Shown: positions 1 through 12,912, counted from the stretch's first letter. The stretch is DNA of 42,149 nucleotides from a virus (IMGVR_UViG_2541047883_000004); one strand, 5' to 3'. Program-made: numbers and translations. Notes: generated from the sequence alone by a model not told the origin.

Positions 1-2586
<2,586 letters not shown>

Positions 2587-2589
2587 TCA

Positions 2590-3237
2590 TCAGCGACCAA
2601 TCACCACAACCTGACCACCATCCCCTTCGTCTGCCGTGCTGATCTCCTGAGAGACCACCCGCGACCCCACGCGCATTTCACCGTACAGAACGGGCAGAAC
2701 ATTGCCCTGGGCAACCATGTTATCCAGTGAGGAGAAATAGGTGTTCTGTTTGCCGTTATCTGTACTTGCTGCCGTGGGCGTCCTGGCTTTCGGTGCCAGC
2801 ATCTGCGCCACTCCGCCCAGGATCATACTGGCCCCTGCCGCATACATACCCGATACAGCCGCGGCTCCCAGCCAGCCCACAGGGTTCCACCATGCCACCG
2901 CAATCAGCGCCGCCCCCAGCACCACCTGAAACACACCGCCACTTTTAGCTCCCGCCAGACGCGGCACGATGTGGATCACGGCACCATTTGCCAGCGGCTC
3001 ATTAAGACGGGCAGACAATTCGGTTTCACCGGCATCACGCCCGGCAATGCGTACCTGGTACCAGCCGTCGCTCAGTTTCTGACGAAACGCCGGGATCTGC
3101 ATGGCCAGCGCCCGGATGGCTTCGGACCCCGTTTTCACTCGAAGGTCGATGCGGCGGCCAAATCGTTGTAAATCCCCGTAAAGGCAGATGCGTGCCATGC
3201 CCGGTGACGCCAGAGGGAGTGTGTGCGTCGCTGCCAT
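2590..3237 (-). CDS. I: Tail assembly protein I
   Basis: 215-aa translation (MARICLYGDLQRFGRRIDLRVKTG ... GQVVVIGR) matches lambda gpI as recalled. Its stop overlaps the J start (ATGA). Confidence 0.9.
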   Translation of the reverse strand: MAATHTLPLASPGMARICLYGDLQRFGRRIDLRVKTGSEAIRALAMQIPAFRQKLSDGWYQVRIAGRDAGETELSARLNEPLANGAVIHIVPRLAGAKSGGVFQVVLGAALIAVAWWNPVGWLGAAAVSGMYAAGASMILGGVAQMLAPKARTPTAASTDNGKQNTYFSSLDNMVAQGNVLPVLYGEMRVGSRVVSQEISTADEGDGGQVVVIGR

Positions 3238-3878
3238 TTGTCGGTATACCTCTCTCGTTTGCTCAGTTGTTCAGGAATATGGTGCAGCAGCTCGCTGTCA
3301 CCACAGTAAATGGCGGCATGATTCGGCACCGATGAACCAAAACAGCACAGCAGCACATCGCCCGGCTGCGCCGCTGACAACGGCACCTGATACAGCCCTG
3401 TGGCCTCCAGATTATCCAGATAGAGATTCTGACCGTTACGCCACCAGTCATCCTCGCGATGAAAATCCGGCATCTCAATCCCCGCCAGATGGTAAGCATC
3501 CCGGAACAGCGTGTAACAGTCCGTCACCCCGTGCTCAAAGCGCCGCCCGGAAAGATGTGGCACACAGCGGAACTTGTGAATCGCTCCCCGGCAAACCAGC
3601 CACCACGGCAAATCACTCTGCACCTGCAGCCGCCGGTCGGTCTCACTCAGCCAGGGCATACCACCGGGGTGGCTGTGGACCAGCGCCACAATCTCACCCT
3701 GCATCTCTGCCCGCAGCCAGTCCTCCGGCGACATCCGGAAATACTCCTCCGGCTCACCGGAGATATTCACGCAGGGAAAATATCTTTCCCCCTCCGGTGT
3801 TCTCACCACGAAGCCGCACGACTCCGCTGGCGCACATCGCCGGGCGTGCGCCAGAATCGCTGATTCTGTCTCTGTCAT
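3135..3878 (-). CDS. K: Tail assembly protein K (JAB/MPN plus NlpC/P60-type)
   Basis: 247-aa translation with HSHP metal motif and conserved Cys/His; sits in the lambda K position between L and I and overlaps the I start. Confidence 0.8.
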   Translation of the reverse strand: MTETESAILAHARRCAPAESCGFVVRTPEGERYFPCVNISGEPEEYFRMSPEDWLRAEMQGEIVALVHSHPGGMPWLSETDRRLQVQSDLPWWLVCRGAIHKFRCVPHLSGRRFEHGVTDCYTLFRDAYHLAGIEMPDFHREDDWWRNGQNLYLDNLEATGLYQVPLSAAQPGDVLLCCFGSSVPNHAAIYCGDSELLHHIPEQLSKRERYTDKWQRRTHSLWRHRAWHASAFTGIYNDLAAASTFE

Positions 3879-3883
3879 GGGAT

Positions 3884-4582
3884 TTACTGCGAAAGTTTGT
3901 TAATGGAAAGGAAGCCGCCAAAGTTGCCGACATTATTGCGGAACTTACAACCACTCAGGCATTTGCTGCATTTATCCTTCGTGATATCGGACGTCGGCTG
4001 GTCATATTCATCCGCGACCGCCGGACCGTGATAACCGCACTCATCACCGCGATAGGTCCAGGTGCAGGTATTAGCCAGCATGATGCGCCCCGGAAAAACA
4101 GCACCGTCCGTTTCCGTCGGCGTGGACAGTACAAAAGAGGCACTGACCGCGCTCAGTTCGCTGCACTGCTCGATGCGCCAGCGGCTGATCACCTCCTGCT
4201 CCGGATCGGCGTCACTGTTTCCGTTGACGAAGTTCACCGCATCCAGAAAACGGGCGTAAACCTTACGCCTGACCACCGTTCCGCCGACCAGACTCTGCAG
4301 GTCTTCCGCCATCCCGGTGACCATTCCGTGCAGGTTAGAAACCGTCAGTGTCGGACGGGCAGCACTGCCCTTGCCGTTCAGTTCAAATCCCGTCCCCTGA
4401 ATGGGGTATGCCTGATACTGCCGCCCCTGCCAGGTAACCGGCTCACCTTTTTCGTTCTGCTCATTACAGAAAAAATAACGTTCACCACCGACCTCTGTCA
4501 GATCGATTTCCCAGAGCACCACCTGGGCTGACTGAGTGAGGCGTGTCGTCTCATGATGTGTTTCCTGTGGAATATCCTGCAT
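3884..4582 (-). CDS. L: Minor tail protein L
   Basis: 232 aa, same length and position as lambda gpL; Cys cluster near the C-terminus. Confidence 0.85.
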   Translation of the reverse strand: MQDIPQETHHETTRLTQSAQVVLWEIDLTEVGGERYFFCNEQNEKGEPVTWQGRQYQAYPIQGTGFELNGKGSAARPTLTVSNLHGMVTGMAEDLQSLVGGTVVRRKVYARFLDAVNFVNGNSDADPEQEVISRWRIEQCSELSAVSASFVLSTPTETDGAVFPGRIMLANTCTWTYRGDECGYHGPAVADEYDQPTSDITKDKCSKCLSGCKFRNNVGNFGGFLSINKLSQ

Positions 4583-4591
4583 CAGAGCCTC

Positions 4592-4921
4592 CTATGCCAC
4601 GACCTGTTCAAAATCTGCCGTTATGGTTACCCACAGCGCCCCCACGCTTGCCGACCATTTACGACAAACCACCCTGATCGGTTTCCAGTCATAAGGTGGC
4701 GTCCACTGAAATGCACGGACGCCACCGTGCCGTTCCAGAAAGGCTTTTAAAGATGGGTGTTCACATTTACGAACACGTATCGTCACGCTGTAAGTCGACA
4801 ACTGGTTATTCAGTCCCGCCGCACGACGCTGTTCATAACCATCGTCCAGCTTCACTGTCACCACTTTCGGCTCTGATACCACATTCATATCCGGGCGCAC
4901 TTTCCAGTGAAACGTCTCCAT
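4592..4921 (-). CDS. M: Minor tail protein M
   Basis: 109 aa, lambda gpM length and position; the start overlaps the H stop. Confidence 0.85.
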   Translation of the reverse strand: METFHWKVRPDMNVVSEPKVVTVKLDDGYEQRRAAGLNNQLSTYSVTIRVRKCEHPSLKAFLERHGGVRAFQWTPPYDWKPIRVVCRKWSASVGALWVTITADFEQVVA

Positions 4922-6172
4922 TACCGATATGCTCCACTTAACCGACCACCATCACGGGCCTGCTGTTGCATAAAGTCCGCTGCCGCTTTTTTCCCGAGGT
5001 CATAAACCGCCTTCAGGGCAGCCGGACCTATCTGCCCGTTCGTGCCATCGTTATTGATCTCGATGTTGTACTGCGGGGAAAACATCGCCATACCTGAACC
5101 CCCAATATCCGCCACAACCCCCAGCTTACCGTCAGCACCACGACGCAATGGCAGAATGGCTTCAGGTCCCGCTTCCCCCATCACACCCGCGCCTTTTGCA
5201 AAAGCAAAAAACGTCGGACGGTTAACCACCGTGCCACTGTAACGACTCAAATCAGCAGACTGATAAATCCCCCCATTGGCATTCAGGGAAAGGCTGCTGA
5301 GATCAAATCCCAGTACACTGCCAATCCCTTTTATCGATTTCATCATGGTTGCCTGCGCCAGGATTTTCGCCATATCTGACAGCACAGAAGAGGTGAAGGA
5401 TTTGAAATTGAGTTTGCCGGTAGTGACAAAAGTTGCCAGGCCATTTCCCATGTTGCTGAAGGCTGACGAGAACACCTGTTCTGCTGTTTCTGCCGTATTA
5501 TCTGCATCCACGGTAAAATCCTGAAATGCACGCAGGACTCCGTTTTTCCAGTTACCCTGCACAACTTCAAGCTGTTGCCAGTAACGGCGATTCTCATTCA
5601 GTTGTCGGTTCAGGCTCTCCGTCAGCGCCTGCTCGGCCTTTCTGTAGTCATCCGTGTTATATGTCCCTTTCTGCTCACTATCCCGCCTCAACTGCTCCAG
5701 CTGTTGCTGGTATTTCTGGCGAAGACTCAGTTGTACCTGATATCGCTGTCGCTGCTGATCACCCATACCCACCGTGGCGATATCCAGGTCATGTTGCTGA
5801 CGCTGAGCGCGCTCTTCTTCAGCCAGTTGACTGGTCAGCTGAATTGTTTTTTTCTTCAGCTCGTTGAGTGCCGTCTGTTTCTGAAGCTCCTGCTGTTTTA
5901 CATCCAGCAGCGTCAGTGCCTGAATCAGTTCATCTTTACGGGCCAGCACACTCTTTTCATCTGCCGTCAGTTTTTTCCCGTCCAGGTCGCTGATGCGCTG
6001 CTGCAGAGCCAGGAGCTGTTTATGCGCTTCTGTCATCCTTTCCGTGGCAATGCCTGCTGACTGTCTGGCAGCAGCAATCTGTCCTTCCACCTGTGCCTGT
6101 TGCTGACTGTACTGCAGCAATAACCGGGTGGCCTCATCATTACGGGTTTCGCGTGTTTTTTTCTTACCGGAT
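4921..6172 (-). pseudogene. H: Tape measure protein H, C-terminal fragment (split by IS insertion)
   Basis: The frame stays open upstream of the ORF-finder start up to the IS junction (... GKKKTRETRNDEATRLLLQYSQQQ ...). The C-terminus (NNDGTNGQIGPAALKAVYD ... RDGGRLSGAYR) resembles the lambda gpH C-terminus. Confidence 0.85.
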
Positions 6173-6265
6173 TATGAGACGACAATAACTCAGTCCGCCT
6201 GGCGCCGATTATTCTGGCCGGTTTTGTAACCTGAGTGTCATTTACATGATCCAACAGGAAATGGC

Positions 6266-7765
6266 GTGACGCTCAATACTTCTCAGGTCAGTTACTATAT
6301 GACTCAGCGTAAGAAAGGTATAACTCAGCATATCTCGGCCATGAAGGCTGGTATCTCAGTCCGTTCTGGTCGTCGGATCGAAAAAGGAGAGTGGGCAAAA
6401 AACAGTGTTCGGCACTGGCGCACACGCAAAGATCCTCTGGAAGCTGTGTGGGACAGCATGCTTGTTCCTCTGTTGAAAGAGAGGCCGGCTCTGACACCAA
6501 CAACTCTGCTGGAGATGCTACAGGATAAATATCCCGGCCAGTACCCCAACAGCCTTCGAAGAACAATGCAACGGCGGGTCCGCGAATGGAAGCTACAGTA
6601 TGGTGCAGAGCAGGAGGTCATGTTCCGCCAGCGACATCAGCCCGGTCTGCGAGGTCTGTCGGACTTTACTGAACTGAAAGGTGTAGTTGTCACCATCGCC
6701 GGTAAGTTGTTGGCGCATAAGTTGTATCACTTCCGTCTGGAATGGAGCCACTGGAGCTGGATGCGGGTTGTGCTGGGTGGTGAGAGCTTCTCTGCTCTGG
6801 CTGAAGGTCTGCAGGAAGCCCTCGGACAACTGGGCGGAGTGCCGGTAGAACATAAAACGGACAGCCTGAGGGCAGCATGGAAACAACAGGGCGAAGATGG
6901 ACGCCGCGAGCTGACTGAGCGTTATGCTGCTCTCTGTCAGCACTACGGAATGCAGGGCGTACACAATAATGCCGGTCGGGGCCACGAAAATGGCTCGGTT
7001 GAAAGTGCCCACGGACATCTGAAAAGGCGTATCTGTCAGGCGCTGATACTGCGGGGCAGTAACGACTTCAGCACCATAGAAGAATATCAGGCCTTCATCA
7101 CTCAGCAGGTTATGCGGCACAACCGTAACAATCAGGATCTGGTCAAGGAAGAACGTCTTCATCTGAAACCGCTGCCGCTTCGTCGCAGTGCTGACTATGA
7201 TGAGCTGACTGTGAGGGTTAGCCGCAGCAGTACCATCAATGTGAAGCACGTCGTCTACAGCGTACCTTCCCGGCTTGTAGGTCAACTGTTACGGGTCCGG
7301 TTATGGGACGATCGTCTGAGCTGTTACGTTGGCAGCAGCGAGGTCATGAGCTGCCCACGTGTCAGACCAGAAAAAGGGAAGACGCGGGCCCGTCGTATCG
7401 ACTTCCGACATGTGATCGACAGTCTGGCAAAAAAGCCCGGTGCGTTCTGCCATGCAACGCTGAGAAATGACATCCTGCCAGACGATGAATGGCGGAGGCT
7501 GTGGCGTCGCTTATGTAATCATCTGGAACCCGACATGGCAGGCAGGCTGATGGTACATGCTCTGAAACTGGCTGCAGGATACGACGATATCTCAGTCGTG
7601 GCAAAAGGTATGGAGCAGATGCTGAATACCCCGGGAAACGTGGATCTGCACCGGCTGATGCGCTTCCTGGGTATAAAGGAAAAGGCGTTGCCGGTAGTCA
7701 ATGTGAAACAGCATAACCTGAGCAGTTATGAGCAACTACTGCGTGGCAAGGGAGGTTCGCAGTGA
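6266..7765 (+). CDS. istA: IS21-family transposase IstA (GTG start)
   Basis: 499-aa translation with N-terminal HTH and an integrase-type catalytic core; immediately followed by an overlapping istB, the typical IS21 arrangement. Confidence 0.85.
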   Translation: MTLNTSQVSYYMTQRKKGITQHISAMKAGISVRSGRRIEKGEWAKNSVRHWRTRKDPLEAVWDSMLVPLLKERPALTPTTLLEMLQDKYPGQYPNSLRRTMQRRVREWKLQYGAEQEVMFRQRHQPGLRGLSDFTELKGVVVTIAGKLLAHKLYHFRLEWSHWSWMRVVLGGESFSALAEGLQEALGQLGGVPVEHKTDSLRAAWKQQGEDGRRELTERYAALCQHYGMQGVHNNAGRGHENGSVESAHGHLKRRICQALILRGSNDFSTIEEYQAFITQQVMRHNRNNQDLVKEERLHLKPLPLRRSADYDELTVRVSRSSTINVKHVVYSVPSRLVGQLLRVRLWDDRLSCYVGSSEVMSCPRVRPEKGKTRARRIDFRHVIDSLAKKPGAFCHATLRNDILPDDEWRRLWRRLCNHLEPDMAGRLMVHALKLAAGYDDISVVAKGMEQMLNTPGNVDLHRLMRFLGIKEKALPVVNVKQHNLSSYEQLLRGKGGSQ

Positions 7766-8517
7766 GCAATATCCATCACCTTGAACGCAGCCTGCGTAAA
7801 CTACGCCTGACACGAGTTGGAGCTGAATGGCACGCTCTGGAAAAACGAGCACTGGCAGAAGGCTGGACACCATCGCGCTATCTTCTGACGCTATGCAATG
7901 AAGAACTCCTGTGGCGCGAGAGTGAAAAACTGCGTCGTTATAAAAAGGAGGCCCGGTTGCCAGTTGCCAAAACGCTAAGCGAATACGACTTCAGTCAGGT
8001 GCCGGAACTGAATGGAGCTCAGTTCCGGCAACTCTGTGAAACGACAGACTGGGTTGATGCAGGAGAAAACGTTCTGCTGTTCGGAGCCAGCGGGTTGGGG
8101 AAAAGCCATCTGGCGGCAGCGATCGTGGATGGCGTAGTAGGCCAGGGCTACCGGGCCCGGTTCTACAGCGCAGGAGAGTTGTTGCAGGAACTACGTAAAG
8201 CCAGAGCGCAGTTGAAACTGAATGAGCTGCTACTGAAACTGGATCGCTACCGGGTGATAGTGGTGGATGATCTTGGCTATGTCAAACGCGACAGCGCCGA
8301 AACGGGAGTACTGTTCGAGTTAATAGCGCATCGCTATGAACGTGGGAGCCTGGTGATAACCAGTAACCATCCGTTCAGCATGTGGGGCAGCATCTTCGTG
8401 GATGAGACTATGGCGGTGGCGGCGGCAGACCGGCTGATCCATCACGGATATATGTTCGAACTGAAAGGTGAAAGCTACAGGAAAAAGACAGCGAAGGCAG
8501 TAACAAGCGCGACTTGA
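7762..8517 (+). CDS. istB: IS21-family ATP-binding helper IstB
   Basis: 251 aa with Walker A (GASGLGKSH) and Walker B (VIVVDDLGY); start overlaps the istA stop. Confidence 0.85.
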   Translation: MSNIHHLERSLRKLRLTRVGAEWHALEKRALAEGWTPSRYLLTLCNEELLWRESEKLRRYKKEARLPVAKTLSEYDFSQVPELNGAQFRQLCETTDWVDAGENVLLFGASGLGKSHLAAAIVDGVVGQGYRARFYSAGELLQELRKARAQLKLNELLLKLDRYRVIVVDDLGYVKRDSAETGVLFELIAHRYERGSLVITSNHPFSMWGSIFVDETMAVAAADRLIHHGYMFELKGESYRKKTAKAVTSAT

Positions 8518-8582
8518 TGTCGCACTGAAGGGTGCGGCCAGTATAGTTGGCGCGAGTCGGCAAAACTAGTTGACGTCTAATA

Positions 8583-10402
8583 CCGGATGCCAGGGCTTTC
8601 TCGTAACGTTCATTTTCACGTTGTATCGCCGCATCCCTGACAGCCTGATCGGCGTACTGCATGGCATTAATACGCGCAATTTCACGCTGATGTCGTGCAG
8701 CTTCCGTTTCATTCATCCGGTTCAGTGCAGCATTTTCAGCATTACGGCGTTTCTGTTGCTCCTGATAATTCCGCTCTGCCTGCTCTTTTGCATCCTGCAA
8801 ATCCTTCTGGCGTTTTTTCTCCTGAAGATCGTTAAGACGCTGCTGATCGTATTCAACCTGAGAAGATGATGCCGTCCAGGGGAGTCTTTTCGCCCGCGAC
8901 ACTTTCTCCTGCAAAGTGGCAATCTGCGCATCCAGCGAATCTTCACGACCAATATTCATGGCCGCATCCCAGAACTGCTTCCACCAGTCAGACAAAGTTT
9001 GCAGCGTACTGCCCAGCGCATTGAGGTTATTATCAATATCCGCAGTACGCCGACCGGTTTCCTCTGCCAGTGCAGACATGGCTATCCGTGCCGCATCACT
9101 GGACCGCCCCTGCTCTCCAAGGACGCGTATCTGCTCAAGCTGAGTGGCAGTAAGAAAATGCAGCTCATTGTCCAGAGACTTCGCGGCATTTACAGGATCA
9201 TCCTTCAGCCGCTTAAACTGATTTATGGTATCGCTGACCGACTGGCCAACCGATCGCTCCATCTGTGCGGCAGCTCTCGCCACCATACCGATATCGTTTC
9301 CACGAAATGCACCACTCCCCACCACCTGAGCCAGCGCACCGGCTGCAGCATGTTGCGTGATACCATTCCCGGAAATAGCACGACTGAGCGTCCACAGCTG
9401 CCCGGCAGTGACTCCGGCATAATGCCCCGTCAGCGACAGCTGGCGGTTAAATTCTTCCCCCTCCTTCTGACCGTCATACCAGGCTTTACCCAGACCATAG
9501 ACGGCCGCGGTAATACCGCCAATAACCCCGCCCAGCATCATGCCTTTCGGTGACATCAGTGTGTCTATCCATCCGGCACGGTTAGCCAGCGTTATCCCGG
9601 ATCCCCTCAGCGCCCCTAAATTGCCGCGGGCCAGTTCACCTATCAGAACGCCTATCTCCTGGCGGGCCGCTGCACTTTTCAGACCCAGCGAATGCGTGGC
9701 TTTTCCTGCCCGCTCCATTTTGCGGATATACACTTCTGCAGCACTGCTTACCCCCAGCTGGGCAGCCCTGGCACGAAGCAACTCAGAAGAAGAAAGATTC
9801 TGGCGGGTTGCCTGCTCTTTAAGCTGACGGATAAACGCCACTTTCTGTCGGGTAGCCTCTGCCTCAGCCTGCGTAAGAACACGGGTTTTCGCCGTAACCT
9901 CAGAAATCAGCGCCAGATAATCCTGCTGACCAATCCCGCCACTGTTTCTGGCCTGTCGGATCTGCTGCTGAATACGCTGTAATTCCTGCAGCCCCGCACT
10001 GGCCTGTTTCACACTGTCAATCTGACGATAAAACGCAGCAGCCGCTTTATCCTGAGCCTCCGCCAGAGCGATGGCCTGCGCCTGTTCCTCGCGCATTTTC
10101 TGGCTCAGTGCCTCCATGCGCTGGCGGGTTTTCTCCACCTCGCGGGCCATGCGTTCATGAGCCTGTGCGTTCTTCTCCACCGTCTGCGCATGGACGGATG
10201 CGGCTGTTGCAGCCGAAGAAGCTGCCTGCGTTGTCTGCCGGGCGGCCTGAGTCTGACGCTCCATAAAACGCTGCATACGGGCAGAAGACCGTTCTGCATC
10301 GCTGGCTGCACCATTCAGAAGGTTTTTGATACGGGGAATTTCATTTTTAAACTCTGCCGCATCAATCCCCAAATCAATGACCAGGTTGGCTATCTGGTCC
10401 AT
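8583..10402 (-). pseudogene. H: Tape measure protein H, N-terminal fragment
   Basis: Start MDQIANLVIDLGIDAAEF at 10402 with SD GGAGGTG. The frame reads ... ERYEKALASG up to the IS junction; the ORF-finder tail beyond 8583 is IS sequence read through. Confidence 0.85.
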
Positions 10403-10703
10403 AACGCACACCTCCGGAAATACCTTCCCCAAGATGCATCAGTTCTTCGTCCGTTCGCTCCGGTATCCCGTTCTCTTCCGGTAAAAGGCTGAAATCAGCC
10501 ACCGCAGCATCACTGCTGCCGGACACCATTCTCACGATCAATGCCTTCAGCGAGGCAAACTGCGCATCCATCCACACATCACTGAAGCTCTGCATCCGGA
10601 AATAATCGCCCCACTCACCAAGCTCAGTGGCCGACATTTCCGACAGCATCCGCCGCCAGTCTGCCCGCCGGAACTCCCGGGCAAGCCGCATGACAAACTG
10701 CAT
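10374..10703 (-). CDS. T: Tail assembly chaperone T segment, expected to be made as a G-T fusion by -1 frameshift
   Basis: This ORF is in the -1 frame relative to G and is open across the G 3' end. Position and arrangement match lambda G/GT. Confidence 0.65.
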   Translation of the reverse strand: MQFVMRLAREFRRADWRRMLSEMSATELGEWGDYFRMQSFSDVWMDAQFASLKALIVRMVSGSSDAAVADFSLLPEENGIPERTDEELMHLGEGISGGVRYGPDSQPGH

Positions 10704-10711
10704 TTCCCGCG

Positions 10712-11101
10712 TCAGGACTTTTCCGGCGTCAGCGCCTCATGCTCATCATCCACGGCATTATCAATGGCCCCCATACCGCTCAGCGACAGAACCATCTCCG
10801 CCCCCGCACCCAGGGCATCATACGACCATGTTGTAATAACGGATGCGCAAAGCGTCTCTACATCCTTAGACTGATCCGCATTCCACAGTGAGCGGGAAAC
10901 CAGCCAGGCATTGATATCCATCCCCATCCGCAGAAAAGCAATCTGTCGTTCAGCCTCCGGCAGTTCTCCCTCCACGGCATCAAACTTTGCCGTTCGCTGC
11001 TGAACAAACGTCAGATATTCAATTCTCTGCAGCCCGGACAGCTCACTGAGCACCACGGACTGTTTTTCATAATTAAACGTGTCCTGTTTCAGAAACATCA
11101 T
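10712..11101 (-). CDS. G: Tail assembly chaperone G
   Basis: Start MMFLKQDTFNYEKQ with SD GGTGGAG. Lambda G position between V and T/H. Confidence 0.75.
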   Translation of the reverse strand: MMFLKQDTFNYEKQSVVLSELSGLQRIEYLTFVQQRTAKFDAVEGELPEAERQIAFLRMGMDINAWLVSRSLWNADQSKDVETLCASVITTWSYDALGAGAEMVLSLSGMGAIDNAVDDEHEALTPEKS

Positions 11102-11112
11102 GTTCTCCACCT

Positions 11113-11138
11113 GCAAAAAAGCCCCGCATAACCGGGGC
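11113..11138 (-). terminator. Rho-independent terminator between V and G
   Basis: Minus strand reads CCCCG-GTTATG-CGGGG followed by CTTTTTT. Confidence 0.6.
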
Positions 11139-11158
11139 AAATGATGAGTATCGTCCTG

Positions 11159-11902
11159 TTAACCTGCTGCGCTGACAGTCACCGCAGTCACAGCCACAAA
11201 ATTCCCGTCAGCGGTCATGCCCACAATGCTGACACTGCCCTGCTTCACGCCTTTTACCGTGGCCACAAGTCCGTTCAGGGTAACCGTGGCAGTCTGTGGA
11301 TCTGACGAATGCACACTGATCGCTTTGTCACTGGCTCCGTCAGGTTTTACTGTAAAGGTCAGCGTGGTGGTTGCTCCCACTTTTACATTGGCAGACGCCG
11401 GTGATACTGTCAGCCCGGTAACGCTCACGGTTTCAGTGCCTTCCTCTGCCAGATACGGACGCCCCACACCGCTGATTTTCACAGTGCGGGTCATCACGTC
11501 TTTTGAGGCAATGGTTTTACCCAGTGAGCTCAGCCAGCCACGGAAAACATCAACAGTGCCGTTGGGATATTTGATACGAAACGCGCAGACTTCACCGGAG
11601 TCGAACAACTGAACCAGTTTTTTCTGCCCGCTGTCACCCGGACGCCAGGCCAGCGTCGCCGAAGTATCACCAACGGATTTCTGCCCCTGGGTTGTCGTTT
11701 TCCAGTCTGCATCTTCATCATCGAGATAAGTGTCATCTTCTGCATCAGCGGTCATTTCGCCAGGTTGCAGATCCTTCACCATCGCAAGACGCAGCCAGTC
11801 AGTGTCCGACAAAGGGTTCGCAAACGCATCGCCGTTGCCGGTATACATCCAGAACGTCGTCCCCGCACCTTTCGTCTTTGCCAGTGGATTTGGTGTGGTC
11901 AT
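11159..11902 (-). CDS. V: Major tail protein V with C-terminal Ig-like (Big_2-type) domain
   Basis: Start MTTPNPLAKTKG at 11902 with SD AAGGAGG. C-terminal Thr/Val-rich Ig-like repeat region as in lambda gpV. Confidence 0.85.
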   Translation of the reverse strand: MTTPNPLAKTKGAGTTFWMYTGNGDAFANPLSDTDWLRLAMVKDLQPGEMTADAEDDTYLDDEDADWKTTTQGQKSVGDTSATLAWRPGDSGQKKLVQLFDSGEVCAFRIKYPNGTVDVFRGWLSSLGKTIASKDVMTRTVKISGVGRPYLAEEGTETVSVTGLTVSPASANVKVGATTTLTFTVKPDGASDKAISVHSSDPQTATVTLNGLVATVKGVKQGSVSIVGMTADGNFVAVTAVTVSAAG

Positions 11903-11912
11903 TACCACCTCC

Positions 11913-12326
11913 TTAATTCGTGTACGTGATCTGGTACGTGATTTCCGCCATCGCCCAGGTGGCCATCTCATTATCACGTTGATAGTTAAAACCGAGTGGG
12001 TTCAGGGTGTCGATGAGTCCGGAAAGTGCCGGTACATCATTCAGGGCCGGGAAAATGGTGCTCTCCATCCACATATCCAGCTCTGAATCCGGTGCCTGTG
12101 CCCGGATGAAGACGGCAATATGCAGAACAGCCTGCCAGTCATCTTCATCCGTCATTTTTCCGGTGTACTGAGCATCACTCAGCCACACCGCCACGGCAGG
12201 CAGTTCCTGCGCATCAATAAATGCCGGAAGCCCGTCAAAAAACGTGGCGCTGTCTCCACACTGTTCCCGAAGGCGTGCCAGTACGACCTGGCGGATTTGT
12301 GTATGTCGGTTCATCGGGTCAGCCAT
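11913..12326 (-). CDS. U: Tail terminator protein U
   Basis: 137 aa with motifs ATFFDG, PAVAVWL and DSELD-WMES that match lambda gpU as recalled. Confidence 0.85.
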   Translation of the reverse strand: MADPMNRHTQIRQVVLARLREQCGDSATFFDGLPAFIDAQELPAVAVWLSDAQYTGKMTDEDDWQAVLHIAVFIRAQAPDSELDMWMESTIFPALNDVPALSGLIDTLNPLGFNYQRDNEMATWAMAEITYQITYTN

Positions 12327-12901
12327 AACCTCAGTTGTTGTTTCAGTGCATACCCCAGCTGTTTCGGCATTTCCGCAGCAATGATGTGGTCGCGGGCATC
12401 TTCAAATGCCTGTGTCAGCGGTCCGGACAGCGGGATTTTCACTACCTCCACAGGAAGACGATTTTTTCTTGGCCTGCCCTGATGGTCATGCCCTGTTGCA
12501 AAACGCGCTTCAGGAAGACGCCTCAGAACATGCCAGCGGCCATTCGCCAGTTGCTGAACAAATGCCCCCCGGAAAAAGTATTTTCCCACTCTCAGTCCTT
12601 CACCAGCACGCCGCCGTGTTGTGTTCAGTTTGATGGCGGGCAGATTGCCCCGGTTAACGCGGATCCTGGCCGTCATTTTTCCTGACGGACTGGCTTTAAA
12701 CACCCGGACACGCTGACGTACCAGTTTCAGGGGGATCCCTTTCACCTGGTTATCTCCCGCAACGGTATTCCCGGCAACCTGCCGGGTGGCAACCGAGACC
12801 GCTTTCTGTGCCACACGGTTTATCGCCCATGCGCTGGCCTGTGGCACCATACGGGTATCAAGGCTGTTCAGATTGCGGATGGCATTCTCAAGCCCCTTCA
12901 T
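12311..12901 (-). CDS. Z: Tail completion protein Z
   Basis: 196 aa in the lambda Z position, upstream of and overlapping U. Confidence 0.7.
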   Translation of the reverse strand: MKGLENAIRNLNSLDTRMVPQASAWAINRVAQKAVSVATRQVAGNTVAGDNQVKGIPLKLVRQRVRVFKASPSGKMTARIRVNRGNLPAIKLNTTRRRAGEGLRVGKYFFRGAFVQQLANGRWHVLRRLPEARFATGHDHQGRPRKNRLPVEVVKIPLSGPLTQAFEDARDHIIAAEMPKQLGYALKQQLRLWLTR

Positions 12902-12912
12902 CCCACACCTCT

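Larger units (their letters stand above)
6173..8582 (+). mobile_element. IS21-family insertion sequence (about 2.41 kb) carrying istA and istB, inserted in H
   Basis: Imperfect terminal inverted repeats (left TATGAGACGACAATAAC; right end reverse complement TATTAGACGTCAACTAG). Repeated subterminal motifs (CTGGCGCCGATTATTCTGGCCG at left, CGCGCCAACTATACTGGCCG at right in reverse complement). Flanking 6-bp direct repeat CCGGAT at 6167-6172 and 8583-8588. Exact ends are uncertain by a few bp. Confidence 0.8.

Noticed and set aside
3188-4531. 447-aa plus-strand ORF
   Set aside because: Antisense to the K and L genes; Ser/Pro/Ala/Arg-rich composition typical of an antisense frame in GC-rich coding DNA.
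5575-6060. 161-aa plus-strand Leu-rich ORF
   Set aside because: Antisense to the H C-terminal fragment (mirror of its Gln/Leu-rich coiled-coil region).
6593-7285. 230-aa minus-strand ORF inside the IS
   Set aside because: Antisense to istA; istA and istB account for the element.
8408-8582. 3' extension of the H N-terminal ORF (tail of ORF 8408..10432)
   Set aside because: This part is the IS21 right end read through in frame; real H coding stops at the IS junction (8583).
10374-10703. Independent ATG start for T
   Set aside because: By analogy with lambda, T is expected only as the G-T frameshift fusion; the internal ATG is probably just a Met codon.
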